This document shows positions 27,759 through 46,539 of a stretch of 64,000 bases of DNA, in pieces. Source of the stretch: Trichinella spiralis. Lineage: Eukaryota. The notes below the pieces were generated by a model. It made no database searches, had not been told where the DNA came from, and saw nothing but the letters and a program-made list of their open reading frames with translations. A program made the translations under genes and the position numbers. The DNA is taken from contig NW_003526943.1 of NCBI RefSeq assembly GCF_000181795.1, positions 11,708,007 through 11,772,006 on the forward strand, given 5' to 3'. Positions within the stretch are counted from its first letter, which is position 1; the number at the start of each line of letters is the position of its first letter.

Positions 27759-29034
27759 CACTCCTGAACAGTCTCACTCGAACAGATAGATGAAAAATTG
27801 ACAAATATCCGCAAAACTTGCACAGTCAAACAAAAAATAATGCATAACAGCCCGAGTTTAGTAATCAGCTGTGTGATCACTCAACTGGCTGCGTAAAAAG
27901 GAGCACTCTTATTTATGTATTGAACTCGAAGGTACAGTACTAATATTTTGATGATCAAGAACAATTATCAAAAATTGAAGACAAATGTTTATATAAAAAA
28001 TCAAGCAATATTTGTTTCGAATGAAATTTTGATAGGGTAAGTAAATTGTGATTCTTCTAAAAATAAAAGTCAAAAATTATTTTGAAATGCTGATGGCATT
28101 GAAGTTCTGGAAAAAAATTTCATTTTACATTTTATCAAACATGATAATTGCGCAAATTCATCTATCGTATTGCTAGAGCAGTTGTTTGATATCTCCAAAA
28201 TTGAAATTGGTAAGAGTGTTTTAGCTGTAAAAATTACGTTTTGCATATTATTTAAAGCTGTTTTTTCAAAACTGAATCAAATAAATAAACAGAGCTTCAA
28301 ATAATATTCTGCATGCTTGATGTATTATAATGAAGCAGATTTGTAATTTAACGGTAATATGACAAATAAGAAACAGCAACAAAAGTTGTGGGTCAGACAA
28401 AAAAAAGTAAAGTATGCCAATTTATTTGGCTAATGTTTGAAAAATGATTAACATAATTTTAATTTTTTAATTTTTCTATTCAATAATTGAATCAACTATG
28501 TTCTCTTTTAATATTAGCAAAATGTACTTTGCTTTCACATCAGCTAGTTTTCTTGTTTTATAAAATTCTTTACGCACTGTTTATTAACAGTAATAGTTCT
28601 TTTTCGAAATTTGCTGTAGAAAACAAATGGGAGAGATAAAAAACATTCGCTGAAATTAATAAGGGAAAGAAAAAATTTTCAAAAAACTCAATTCATAGTT
28701 TAATTTCTGAAAATTTAGCAGCGAATGGAAAATTGAAATATTTACAGCGTTGCAAGCAAATTTATCATATGCTTAAATTATTACAAAATGTTAGTTGAAT
28801 GAAGGCCACAGTTTCACATCAAAAAGTCATACAAAAGTTGCTTTCCATCTGTTGGCAGCGCAGAGTGCAATTAAAAGACAAACAAGAATATATGCTGTAA
28901 AACGTTTTAAAAATATGCAAAAAAATAGCATGATATTAAAGTTCAGCTAAATTCCAGAAATTGAAAAGCACTTTTACAATATTGCAATAAACACGATGCG
29001 TTGAAGAGAAAAACGACAAAATGAATACATGATA

Positions 29035-30679
29035 TTATTCTTCTTTGTAACTAGCCCAAAAATTAGTGTCTTCGGTGGTTCCGAGAAAAAATTCATATTC
29101 AAGCTGTGTGCAAGTACCGCTGTCATCGTATCCCAATTTGTAGTAAGAGCCGTCCATACAAACCGCTGAAACACAACCATCTTTGTTGAAAATTTACTTC
29201 AAATTATAATACATTGCACTTCAATCACCAATCACTGTGGATTCTTTGCCAAAACAACAATAGCAAGGATACTTGGAACCAACAGAAAATTTTGCTAAAG
29301 CCCATTGAGATTCAGCGTATGCGCCACTGATGCCAACTTTTTGCAACCTACAAAAAATTAAACACTACAAATGAAAAGACAATATTTCAAAAAAAAAGAA
29401 AAAAATAAAGAAAAATTCATTTAATCTGCAAAATATACGTTGAGCGTTGATTTAAGTTTGGATCTTTGACAGAAAAGATGTGTATCGTTCCTTTGTCACT
29501 AGTAGTACAAAGAAATGACGAATCCAAGCTGAATTTGATACTGAAAAAAAACGATTAATCACACATTTTACACAACAATTTTCAAATAATATTTCACCTG
29601 TAAATTAAAGCTGGATCAGAGCCACGCCTAAATTCCAAAATTTTCATTTTCTTCTGAACGTTAAAAATGCGAATCAGTGTTCCCTAAAAATTTCAAAAAA
29701 AGAAAGAAAGAATTAATTAATTATTCTTATCAACTGAAAAAGAATACGCATAAAAATATTAAGAGTATTTTCGTGAAGAACGTTCTCATTATTTTTACTT
29801 GTGGTCATTTTTTACAAGTAACTTTTAAATTTAAATATCTCACGAATATAAAATAGGAATTACTTTTTCAGACGCTGTGGCGACTAAATTAGCTGCATTG
29901 TTCAATGATATGCATGCAATGTCTGAGCTGTGCGCTTTGATAGACAAAGGAGAGGTAGATTCTGACTGAGTCAATTGCTTCAAATTCTACAAACGACAAT
30001 CATTCATCTATTAAAAATTAAAATTTCAAAAATTCACAACAGCAACAATCATACCAGTAACAGCAGAGTGCCAATACGATGCCCTGGAAAAGCAAAATAT
30101 TCCACCTCCGGATCTGAATTCATCGAGCAAATGCCTTTTGGATTATCGCGTGTATCAAAGCTGGCTATCAAATTCGGCTGACCAGGAAATGTATAAACAT
30201 GAACTTCAGAAAGCAGAACAATGATCAAACTGAAAACAAATAAAAATTATAACAATAATAATTTGCATAATAAAAATTCAATATTATTATTATTATTATT
30301 CTCACTTCGCTGCAGACATGCGCACGGCAACCACTTCAGATGGACATTCAATTTCCAAAATAAATTTCCTCTTTTTATCATCCCAGATGACAACTGAATT
30401 TTCTGAAAATTTTCCATTCGGTCCGTTGCAAACCAACGCCACTATATTGCTGCGTTGCAAAAGACAACACAATTTAACACTGCCAGCTGTAGCTTCGTCG
30501 AGATGAATCACCTCCATAAAAGGATCTGTGTTGTAAACTCGCAAGCCGGTATTCAATGCACATATGAAATAATCTTCAACGACAAAATTAATAATATAAA
30601 ATATTAAATGTTTTCAAAAAAAACTGCTCACTTCACCTTGACTATCATTGAATCGGAGGTATTGAATTTTGGGTGCCAT
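29035..30679 (-). CDS. WDR45: PROPPIN autophagy beta-propeller, WDR45/WIPI4 (EPG-6)-like, multi-exon
   Basis: [104 protein letters not shown]; stop TAA at 29037-29035. Confidence 0.88.
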
Positions 30680-30920
30680 TTTTAATTCAACAAAATCAAC
30701 AACAACAATAACAACAACACTTTTCTCTCCAATATATTCACATATAGGCTTATTGAAAAACAAAAATATACTTGAAATAATATTATAACAAAAACTGAAA
30801 AAAAATCTGAAAATAATTCATCCAAAATAACAATGGATATATATATATGATAAGAAGCATGATAAACGACAAGTTCCTTTTCTCTTCAAAATTTATTAGA
30901 TTGCAAAATTGAATAGAAAA

Positions 30921-33900
30921 TTAACACTTGAATGATTCCAAAGGATCGGCCTTTCGTTTCTAAAAAAAAGCTTCATTTCAAAAAGTTATCAAACAATAGT
31001 AGTAATGATGAATGAAAATTTTTCATGACAAACCGCTGCGCAACGTTCTCGATACGCTTTCCGCTTACGCTGCAGCAGGGATGGCTTAGTGATTCTGTCA
31101 CTGGATTTCAAATGATCCTTTTCTTCATGTTCAACAGAGTCGTCGTCGTCGTCGTTTTGAACAGATTTAACAGGAACACCTCTCAAAGATTTTGGAACTG
31201 AAAATTAAATTTCAAACAAACCAGATATTCACATTGCAATCATTTATTTAAAAAAAACTACCCACCGATATATTCTGGAACATGCTTTAAATGTTTAAGA
31301 CTGCGATTCCGTTTGAAGATCCTATCGTGTCTTATCAGCTGCAGATCTCGAGGATTTTCGACAAAATAACTCTGAAAATTCATTTATAATTGAACCAATA
31401 AATAACAATATAAAATATTTATACTTTCAACTTTGTCGATTTCAAAACTTCTTCTCTTATTTCTTTCAGTCGAGCTTCTTTCACTGCGAGAGTTGTAGCC
31501 GCACGTAAAGCATCCTTCAAACAAACATTCAAATACTGATACTAAACAACAGAACAAAATGCATCATACCAAACACCTGTAATGAAAGCCGTCCAATTCT
31601 TCCATATTAATACGATATGGTTTCAAAAATTCCCCTTCATCTATAAATTATGAAAACAAAATAATAAAAGAAATAATTACATCAAAGAAACAGCTATGAT
31701 ATACATTGTTTTGCAAGTGCTTTCTTCACTCTGGATACAAATTTCGCTTCACGCTTTGTAGAAAACGAAAGGGCAGTACCCTGATTCCAAGCTCGAGCTG
31801 TTCTATAACACAAAAACATAAACACTGAATAACTTACAAACTTAACGGAAAGAAGTAGACTTCGCATCTGTTATTCTTCCAAACTTAGCATATACAATGT
31901 TACCTTTAAAAAAATCCATAAAATCCATCTCTAGCATTTGTCTTACATTTTTAATGAAGATGATGAGATTTACAAATAAAATACATTATTTTTATTTTTT
32001 AAAATCGCATCTCAACTTTTTCAATTTTGAAATAACGTTAAAAATCATTTCTCAGCAAAAATGCACTGCACTGTTTCTGTATCTGTAAAACGAATGTTTC
32101 ATACAGAAACAATATTTCCATAAAACAAATGTAATTTAATCGGCAAAAAAGTATATTAAAATAATTTGTTTAGAATAACATAATATATTACTTATACTAT
32201 CATCATGTAACCTTATTTTACTAATTATTACAGTAATCTACAGAAAGCCTTCATGAGAAATACACCCGTAGCTTAAGCGACTGTTTCAGCAAAACGAATA
32301 AAACATTCATTACTTTCATTTCATTTAAAATATAAAAATATATTCAAAAGCATTAATCAATGGAATTCACTTAAAATGCAGTTTAAAAAATTCAAAACAT
32401 GCATTAATTATTACAATTAGACAAAATGAGATTTTTATCTATCACAAATAAAAATAGAGCAAAAAACAATTTACCCAAATTATATGTTCAGAAACTTCTC
32501 TATCGTACATAAACTAATCACAAAGAAACACACTATAAACACAAATGCCACACTGCGACTACATCAGATTGCTTAAATCTTACTTTTAGAAAAGCACAAT
32601 ACGATTAAATATTTAAATAAAATGAGATCAGTCAAAGTCAGTCACCTTCCAACACGATGGATATACTCTTCAACCGTTTTAGGAAAATCAAAATTAATCA
32701 CATTTGATATCTGATTAAAATCAATTCCACGTGAAGCTGTTGATTCTTTCTTTTCAAGCCTAAAAACAGTAACAAAGAATGAAATTATAAATTTTGACAA
32801 ACGGCTAACTCACTTAATAATCGTTCCACTCTGCTTCCTCTCTTCAGGGCTTTCTACAGAAATTTCATCACTGGCAATAATAGTGTCGTACAAACCGCTG
32901 TTAAACTGTTGCACAATGTGGCATCTGAAAAAATCCTTTATAAAAGAAGCATCAGCATTAAAACATTAACGTACCTTGAATTTAATGGCAGTTCAGAATT
33001 TAAAATCACAACCGTTATTCCAAAAGTGTTCAAAAATAGTTTCAATCTAAAGCAAACACAAATGAAAAACTACAACTTCAATGTGAACTGTCATAACAAA
33101 TTACTTAAAACAGCGGTCGATAGTGTCCACAAATATAACTGTTTTTCCTTTGATTAATTTCAGCTTGAAAAGAGTGCATAAAATAACAAATTTCTCATCT
33201 TCATTGCAACTATAATTTCAAGCAGTCGCTTCAAACAGAAAACAATTTTAAACAGTAACATTACCTTATGTGGTATTGTGTTAATTGATCTGCAGCAGGA
33301 AGCTGAGCTTCTTCAATCTTCAAAATCACTGCGTTGTGCAAAGTCAATTTTTTCAATAACTTCACGTTTTCATTCATAGTAGCAGATGTCAAAAATGCTT
33401 GATAATTATTAGGTAAATAGCTAATAAATGCAAACATCTGAATGAGTCCGTCAAATGTTTGACAAGATAAAAAAAAACAACCTAATAATTTCTGTGATTT
33501 CAGATTCATATCCATAAGAAAGCACTAAATCCGCTTCGTCAACTACAAAATATTTAAGTGTCTCACGTAGAGACAAGTTGTTTTGTTTCAGCTGAGCTAA
33601 AAGTCGACTTGGAGTACTGACAACGATGTCTGGATTAGAATTCAACGAAAATCTAAAAAAAATCAAATTGAAATATCTTTTCTTCAAAAAGTAGTTGTAC
33701 CGTTGGGCTACAGCATGCTCTGCAATCACAAGATCGACGCACTGGATTTCTGGGGTAAGAAACTGGCAAAGGCTATTAATATGGTCGCACAGTTGTTTAG
33801 CAAGTTCTCTGGATGGAGCAAGTACAACAGCACGTATGCATTGCATGCCAGATGACTTTAAAAAATACAAATGCACTTTTGAAATTTAGATTAAAGATCA

Positions 33901-34240
33901 AAATGAAAAGCAGAAACAACTGTACTTGTTTTTCTTCCAAAATTTTTTGTATTATTGGAATTGAAAATGCTGCAGTTTTCCCTGATCCAGTTCGTGCTCG
34001 TGAAACGATGTCTTTACCTTGCAAAGCTAATGGAATAAATTTCTCTTGAATCAAAGTAGGCTTTTTCCAACCAAGCAACTTCACCGCCTACATTAAAATA
34101 AAATTATCATTAACCATTTGTGCAACACGCAGCACTTCAAAATATCTTTCATGAAACATGTACGGATAATAATTCATTACCTTAAGAATACGATAGTCTA
34201 AGTTAAATGAATTAAAAGTCGTTCCCCGTAAATTCTTCAT
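30921..34240 (-). CDS. DDX56: DEAD-box RNA helicase DDX56/Dbp9, multi-exon
   Basis: Q motif (GWKKPTLIQ), [56 protein letters not shown], and C-terminal [12 protein letters not shown]. Confidence 0.93.
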
Positions 34241-34777
34241 CTTTTAAAATATCCGTTAAAATAATAAAGAAGCTGCCACACTGTAACAGTATCACCTACT
34301 TATCTTTGCCAAAGAATACTGTAGATTTGTATCATAAAAAAATTATTTAAATTTATAACTGTTTTTATATAATTTTAAAATTATCGTTACTTTTGAATCA
34401 TTAATATTAGTTCTGATAATTCTACGGGATCCTCTTTTATAAATTAGCTTCTGTTATTCATTATCTTTTTGTAAAAAAAACATCATGTGAGTATAATGAT
34501 TTTTAACATTTTCTAGAAAAGTAATAGGAAGCGTTTTTTAAATGTAAATATACACATGGTTTGAAATAAATTACAGTAATACATGTTGCTGACATACATT
34601 TTTGATTTTGGTAAATGATTTTTTGCATAAATAAATTTTATTTCATATTATTTTTTTAGATTTTATTAGTATAATTTTCATTTTTTACTTTTAATTAACT
34701 TATACGTTCAGGAAAGTCATTAAAACGTGAAATGTTTTAAATAAATCTTGAAACATTGTAATTTCACTGTAATGTTA

Positions 34778-34785
34778 GCGGGAAA
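34778..34785. promoter_or_regulatory. Canonical E2F site (GCGGGAAA = TTTCCCGC) in the divergent DDX56/POLD1 promoter
   Basis: Exact TTTSSCGC match in a very AT-rich 920-bp spacer, with ATTGG about 25 bp downstream. POLD1 is a typical E2F target class. Confidence 0.55.
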
Positions 34786-35160
34786 CTATCACACTGGGTT
34801 CTAATTTCATCATTGGATATATAGTTAAGATGACATTTTTCTTTAATTACCTCTAATATAGTAAAATAATACTGCTATCCTCAACATTTCCTTTCCTCAA
34901 AAATTCAGTTATCAGTACTTTCCTTGTTGAGACCAGTTCGTTGAAGATATTTATAGTTTGTTTTTACTTTTTTTGTCATATGTGTTTATAATTTTTCATC
35001 ACATTATGTAAAATTGAAAAATTTTTTTGACAAAAGCTTTTTATTTGTAAAATAAATAAATGTTGTTAATTTTTATCCTACATGGAAAAAAGTATATTTT
35101 GTATCATGTGATTTACGGTTTTTAATTTTTAAATATAATTTGTTTGCTTCAAGTCTTTGA

Positions 35161-40561
<5,401 letters not shown>

Positions 40562-42372
40562 ATCTAAAATTTTGCATTATATTTATTTAATTTTTTTTAT
40601 TTAATTTAATTTAATTCATATTTGGTTTTCAAATACGTATTTAATTTTTTTTCTTTTTGTCTCTTTCCAATAATTCAAACTGTTCTGCACTTATTGTCCT
40701 TAGAGAAATTAATTTTTTGCATTTTTTTGTTTAGAATATTTTTTGTTTCTATTAATAATGCAGTTTGTCAAATTCAATATTAAACTGCCAAATTTGATGA
40801 TTCAGTTTCGGAGCAAAACGGATTTTGATTGTCCACTGTTTGCACATGGCAGATGTTTTGCCAAGCAAATAATGACGCTAAACATTTACATCTGAAGTTT
40901 AAATTACAATCTTGAATTTTCAACATTTCATAAGCATATATATAACGTTTATTACTGACTGACTTTTCACTTTGCACATGCACGTTGAACACTTCGTTCA
41001 GTGTTGCTTTATTTGGAAGACAAATTTTTTATCACCTAATTCAATTTATAATTTACACGCTTTCAATTTTTAAAAATATAATGTTGGCTATTGTCCAGAG
41101 ATTTTTATTTAGCGGTTATTCAAAACGATTCTATTGTACTGCAATAATTCTTTTCATTTTTACTATTACATGTTTAACGGTAAGTGAACAGATTTTAATT
41201 TTGGCAAGATATTTACTTATTTAAAAAAATATTTGATAATAAATAAAATTTTATGATAATCATAAATATCCTGAGAATAGTCATTTTTCAACGGGTTTGT
41301 TTTTTTTCATTTTTGATTGGCTGCTATAAATTTTAAAAATACACGAAACTAATTTCATTAACATTATTTATTTTATCCATGCAGAGATGATTATACATAA
41401 ATTTGTGCTTTTTTTTCAAGACAGAGACCAAATGTTGGTTCATTATTACACATTCGCAATTAAGTTCATCAACAACTTTTTTTATTTATTGAAAAAATTA
41501 CAAAAAACTTGATAAATATACAAATTGAGAGAAATGTAAAATTGTGGACAAAAAGGAATAATGTGAAATACAATCGGGTAATAGGATTAAATATTGACAT
41601 CTGTCACTGAACTGAATATATATTAGAAGCATATTATTGACTTAGCATCAGATTTGCATATGTTCAAATTAAATGAATTTATGTGATAAAAGTTGATAAT
41701 CTCATCAATAATGTTGCTGATTACATGGCTATTTAATATGTGATTATTTCTGTGAATTTAATAAACATGAAAAATTGAACATTAGAGGAGCTTTACAAGA
41801 TGAAATAAACTAGGATATATAATGAACAATTAACTGACCTGAATATCAATTTCACTACAGTTTGCTATAACACTTCAACTCCTTTGCATCAATTTAAAAT
41901 TGCTAAAAATTTGTTCTAATAAACAGCAATCCGTGATGTGAGCAATTGTTTCACTTAATATAATAAAAGTTAAATTATAATGGCTTTATAAAAACGACCA
42001 TGATTTCGTTACTGACACATATCTGATTACAGCATCAGATTATTGATTTTTTTATTATTTAATTGAATTGTTTGAATTACTTTCTTTCTTAACTGTTTGA
42101 AAACTTTCTTAAAAATTTATTTCATAGTAGACCATTATGATTTTGTCAATGAATGTAACATATTTTGCTCATACTCTTACTGTAGTAATCTTTCGAGTTG
42201 AATTTTGATATCAATTAATATTGATGATAGTAGCTTCTTTTTTCTCTCATCATAGTCTGTAGTACGACAGCACAAAATATTGCTATATATATTATGAATA
42301 GGCTACAGTCGAGATGACGTGTGCTATTAATGAAAACCTTTTGCGATTGCTGGTCGCTTTGTTCGTCCGCTA

Positions 42373-44865
42373 ATGCTTCGAAATTGCAAATTAATCATCA
42401 GTTCTATTGTTTTTACGATCTGCATATTTTTATTAATAAAGGACCGTATGGATATCAACGAAAAATTGAAAAAGCTTTCTAATGTAAGTGGTGGTTCAGA
42501 GTTTTTTGTTTAAAATCATTTTCACTGATAATGAGGTAATAAATTCATATTAAATGTGGTCACTCCTCTATAATTCCTGAAAGCATTTCAGGAATTTATA
42601 AGTATGTGAAAAGAAATTAGAAATGAAATATGATTTTGGAATCATGTATTGAAGTTACTGTTTCGTTTTATTTGAAAAAAAATTGCATTAGGGTTTTTTT
42701 TCAGACGAGGAATTTTTGTTCACAAATTTATAGAGAGTAGAGGGAAAATATTAAACGTGTACATTTTATTTTGCAAGTTAAAAAATGCTTCTAATTACAC
42801 TTCTCACTTTTATGCAACTAGCTGTTTGTGTAAGTTTTAACTTGAGATTTAAAAAAGTATATTATCAAATAAACTGCAGTCTATAGGCCAGTATTTTCAT
42901 TTTGATGTAAATGTTTCAATTTTATTTTACTGAATGTTTAACTACTTTGCCATGTTTGTTTGAAGAAACGCTTCATTTTCTATTTAATTTTTTAAATATT
43001 TTTTCGAATGGATTTTTTGTTGGGTAAAAAAATCTGCCATGGTACAATATTCTGTAGTTTTCATTTAAAATTTTATTTCTCGGAACAGTTATTTACAAAT
43101 TGATAAATTTGAATATGTTAAAAAGGGTCAGTTTTATTTGATGATGGAGAGTCAGAGTGAGATTTGATGGAGGTGTTCTGTGAGAACATTTTTTAATTGT
43201 AAAATACACTAACAGTTACTACTTTGATTAAATAAACTTAGTAAGTGGAAAATTATATAACCAATCAAAGAGTTGGGAAGTATTGTTGCTAACAAGCTTA
43301 AAATTTTGCAAAACGCATTGTTTCATGAAACTGTTTGTGCTGAATAGATTATGAATGTACGACTGAGAACAATTGACGAACAGCTGAATCATTTTCAATA
43401 TTTGGAATCTGATCGAAGAAATTACTTACAACAACTTTGGGCCAACTTGCAATCAGTTCATGGTCATTTGAACATTGCTGTCAGTGATGGACTGAACAAA
43501 ATTAATTCCTCCAATGCAAGTGGCTTTATTATGGACGATTTTTTGCCCAGCATTTATTCGCATATGTCTCATTTGCAAAAAGATAAAAGTGGCTTGGTGC
43601 CAGCTTTCATTCGATCTAAATTTCGTCGTGGTGTATACTTGACGATCGGAATTCCTACTGTAATTCGGGAAAAGCATAGCTATTTATTTGACACCTTGCA
43701 GTCGCTTGTTGATAACTTGCCTGAAAACGAGACGCGTAATGTTTTGATTGTAATTCTTGTCGCCGAACCGGGTATGACGCAAGCTGCTCATGAAATTATC
43801 CATTTGATTGAAAACAAGATGGACAAATTTCTTCAATCGGGACTTGTGGAGGTTGTAGTGCCGGCTGCAAGCTACTATCCACCCGATTTGAATTCCACTG
43901 AACCTACGATGGGTGATTCATTGGAACGGATGATCTGGAGAACTAAGCAAAACCTCGACTATATCTATTTGATGAGCTATTGTCGTAGTCGTGGCCAGTA
44001 CTACATGCAACTGGAAGATGATGTAATTACTAAACCGAATTATTTATCTTTTATTCGAACGTTCGTTGACAACAATACCGGCTCATCTTGGCTGATGCTT
44101 GAATTCAGCTCTCTGGGCTTTATTGGGAAATTGTTTCGAAGTCGAACCTTGCCTCTGATTATTCACTTTTTGGTGTTATTTCATCGCGACAAGCCGGTCG
44201 ATTGGTTACTGTGGCATCTCTTTTACGTTCGCTACTGCCATTTGGAAAAGGACAGCAAACATTGCAACAAAGAAATGGCCAAACGAATTGGTCGACTTAA
44301 GCCGAGTTTGTTCCAGCATGTTGGTGTGCATAGTTCGTTGAAAGGAAAACACCAGATGCTGAAGGAGAAAGACTTCGGCGGCAATTTACTTATGTTCCGT
44401 TCTCATGCCAATCCAACAGCTCGTGTTAGCACATCGCTGAAAGTGTTTAAAAAATACACTCTGTGGAATGCTTACAACGGTCAGTCGGCATTTTGGGCGA
44501 TGAGTCCAGCAAAAGGCGACTACATTCTTTTCGAATTTCAGCCCAGCATAATGATGACCGGCTTCGTGTTTGCCAGCGGATCACCCACTCACGATGAAGA
44601 TTTGTTCTACAACGCCACCGTGGAAGCGCTTCTCACCGACCCTGGGCAGAGAACGCGATTTCCCACGTCGTCCGATATTCAGTTTTGCGTACTGACTAGG
44701 TTTGACTTGAACGGCAGAGCGGAGATGCAATTTGACGACCCATTGAAGGTTTCTTACCTTAGAATTTTCTTCGAAACGGCTTCCAATAAATGGTTGCTAG
44801 TCAAAGAAATGTGGATAAAAGCCGAAGAAGTGAAGACATCCGTACCTACTACCACCGTTAAATAA
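42373..44865 (+). CDS. MGAT4: Alpha-1,3-mannosyl-glycoprotein beta-1,4-N-acetylglucosaminyltransferase (GnT-IV, GT54), 542 aa; exons 42373-42483 and 43348-44865
   Basis: IGIPTVIREKHSYLFDTLQSL, WRTKQNLDY, YYMQLEDD, LEFSSLGFIGKLF, KPVDWLL, PSLFQHVGVHSSLKGK, plus a C-terminal NP..FW..P..GD lectin-type region. An upstream phase-0 exon supplies a type II signal anchor (MLRNCKLIISSIVFTICIFLLIK). Confidence 0.93.
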
Positions 44866-45372
44866 CCACTGTTCTTTTTCAACTGTATTATACTAATTTC
44901 ATCTATATTTATTTATGCTGAATAAAAAATTCATTTATATGTCGGACGGACATGTAAATTCGAGTATTTCAACAATTCAAGTGAATATTGATTTATCTAA
45001 TATTCAATAAAAAGTCTGTGATAATAAATTTCAAAATGTGTTCTTCTTCGATGAGACAAAAAAATCATGCTTAGGGAAAACAAAGCAATCTACGAGAAAA
45101 ATTAATTTTTCAAATCAGCAGTATAAAATGTTTAATATTTATATCTTCCAGTTACTCACTGCGTAAGAATTTAAAAGTAACAGTGCGTAATTTTTCTATT
45201 AATCAATGATAATTTTGAAAATGTGCATCACCATAATATATATAATAAATGATAAATTTACTTTCACCATTAAAACATGATTTTTCTACTACATAAATCA
45301 GGCATGGAAAGAACTAAGTTTAAAATGAAAAAAGGATGACTGATGCGTGATAAGATTTTCGTTCGTTTTCCA

Positions 45373-45859
45373 CTACAAATGTTGTTCACTCCAATCATGT
45401 ATACATTCATAGCAAGACTGCGCGTGTTTCGAAGACATGCCAATTAAATCAGTCAACCATTCAACGAAAAGCTCGTTGTCTCGTTTCAAAAGCAAATACT
45501 GTCCCAAAATTGTATATGCCTAAAAAATAAAGCAAGTTTTAAAAAATAAACATTAATATCAAACAAATAACAGATTAAACCAATACATGTCAATGTCATT
45601 TTTAGCTAAACAGTGCAACGAAGTTTAATTTTTAATTTTACAACTTACACATTCGTAATTATTCTTATCTTGTTAATTAAAATAACTACAACAAAAGTAT
45701 TAATTAAACAAATAAAAAAAACTTTCACAAAACCTTGTCGAATCCTTTATCAATCAACTTTTGCCCGTACACAGGACCAATTCCGGCGATGGCAGTTACT
45801 TCTTTTTCGCCAATTGGCTCCGAAACAAATTCACGATGCTTCACAGAAGTCGACGACAT
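45373..45859 (-). CDS. BANF1: Barrier-to-autointegration factor, 90 aa; exons 45859-45734 and 45519-45373
   Basis: [77 protein letters not shown]. Confidence 0.97.
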
Positions 45860-46507
45860 TATTGTAAACCAAATTGCAGAATATTCTGAAAACTCAAAGT
45901 TTACAAGAACAGTCTTCCCAATAAAATAAGATTTCAACTAAAGAAAATCAAGACCAATTAGCAAAGCTACAGTATCATACAGAAGCACTAAATAAAAATT
46001 TTTAGATGGATGAATTAATTCAAATTTACTCTAAAAAATTATATATAATGCCTTTTTAATATTTACGTAATATAAAATAAATAATTTATGAATTATTAAT
46101 TAACGCTAAATCATGACCACAGAGCAAAAATACAGTAAGATATTTGTAAAAAATTCTAACGTGTGACCTAATAAAATTTAAATGAATTTATAAATGATTT
46201 TTAATAGTTGAATTATATAAAATGAAATATAAATTTATAAATTAATGTTTTGCTTGCAATTCAAAAATGCAGAAGAGATTTTTGGTTTATGATTGGACAA
46301 AATGTCTGCTTATTTAGTTCGTTGCTTGGTGTGCTATTGAACGTCAGTGTTGTCATGGCTCTGCTCAAATTTTATCACTTTGCGGACAGTGCTTGCTGTT
46401 GCCGTAATATAATGCATATTTGTTGTCTCGGAACAGTGATGTGAAAACAGTTTTTATTGACCGAAACATTTCGCTGGTCTACTACATGACTTACTGTGTA
46501 ATATAGC

Positions 46508-46537
<30 letters not shown>
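46508..46537. repeat. (AAT)10 microsatellite
   Basis: Read directly from the sequence. Confidence 0.9.

Positions 46538-46539
<2 letters not shown>

Noticed and set aside
32485..32570. Box C/D snoRNA in the DDX56 intron (minus strand TGATGT..TGATTA..CTGA)
   Set aside because: The C box is imperfect and I could not match a guide to rRNA or snRNA by eye. Needs snoscan or Infernal.
40795..40896. Box C/D-like TGATGA..CTGA segment downstream of POLD1
   Set aside because: No terminal stem or recognisable guide; such motifs occur readily by chance in AT-rich DNA.
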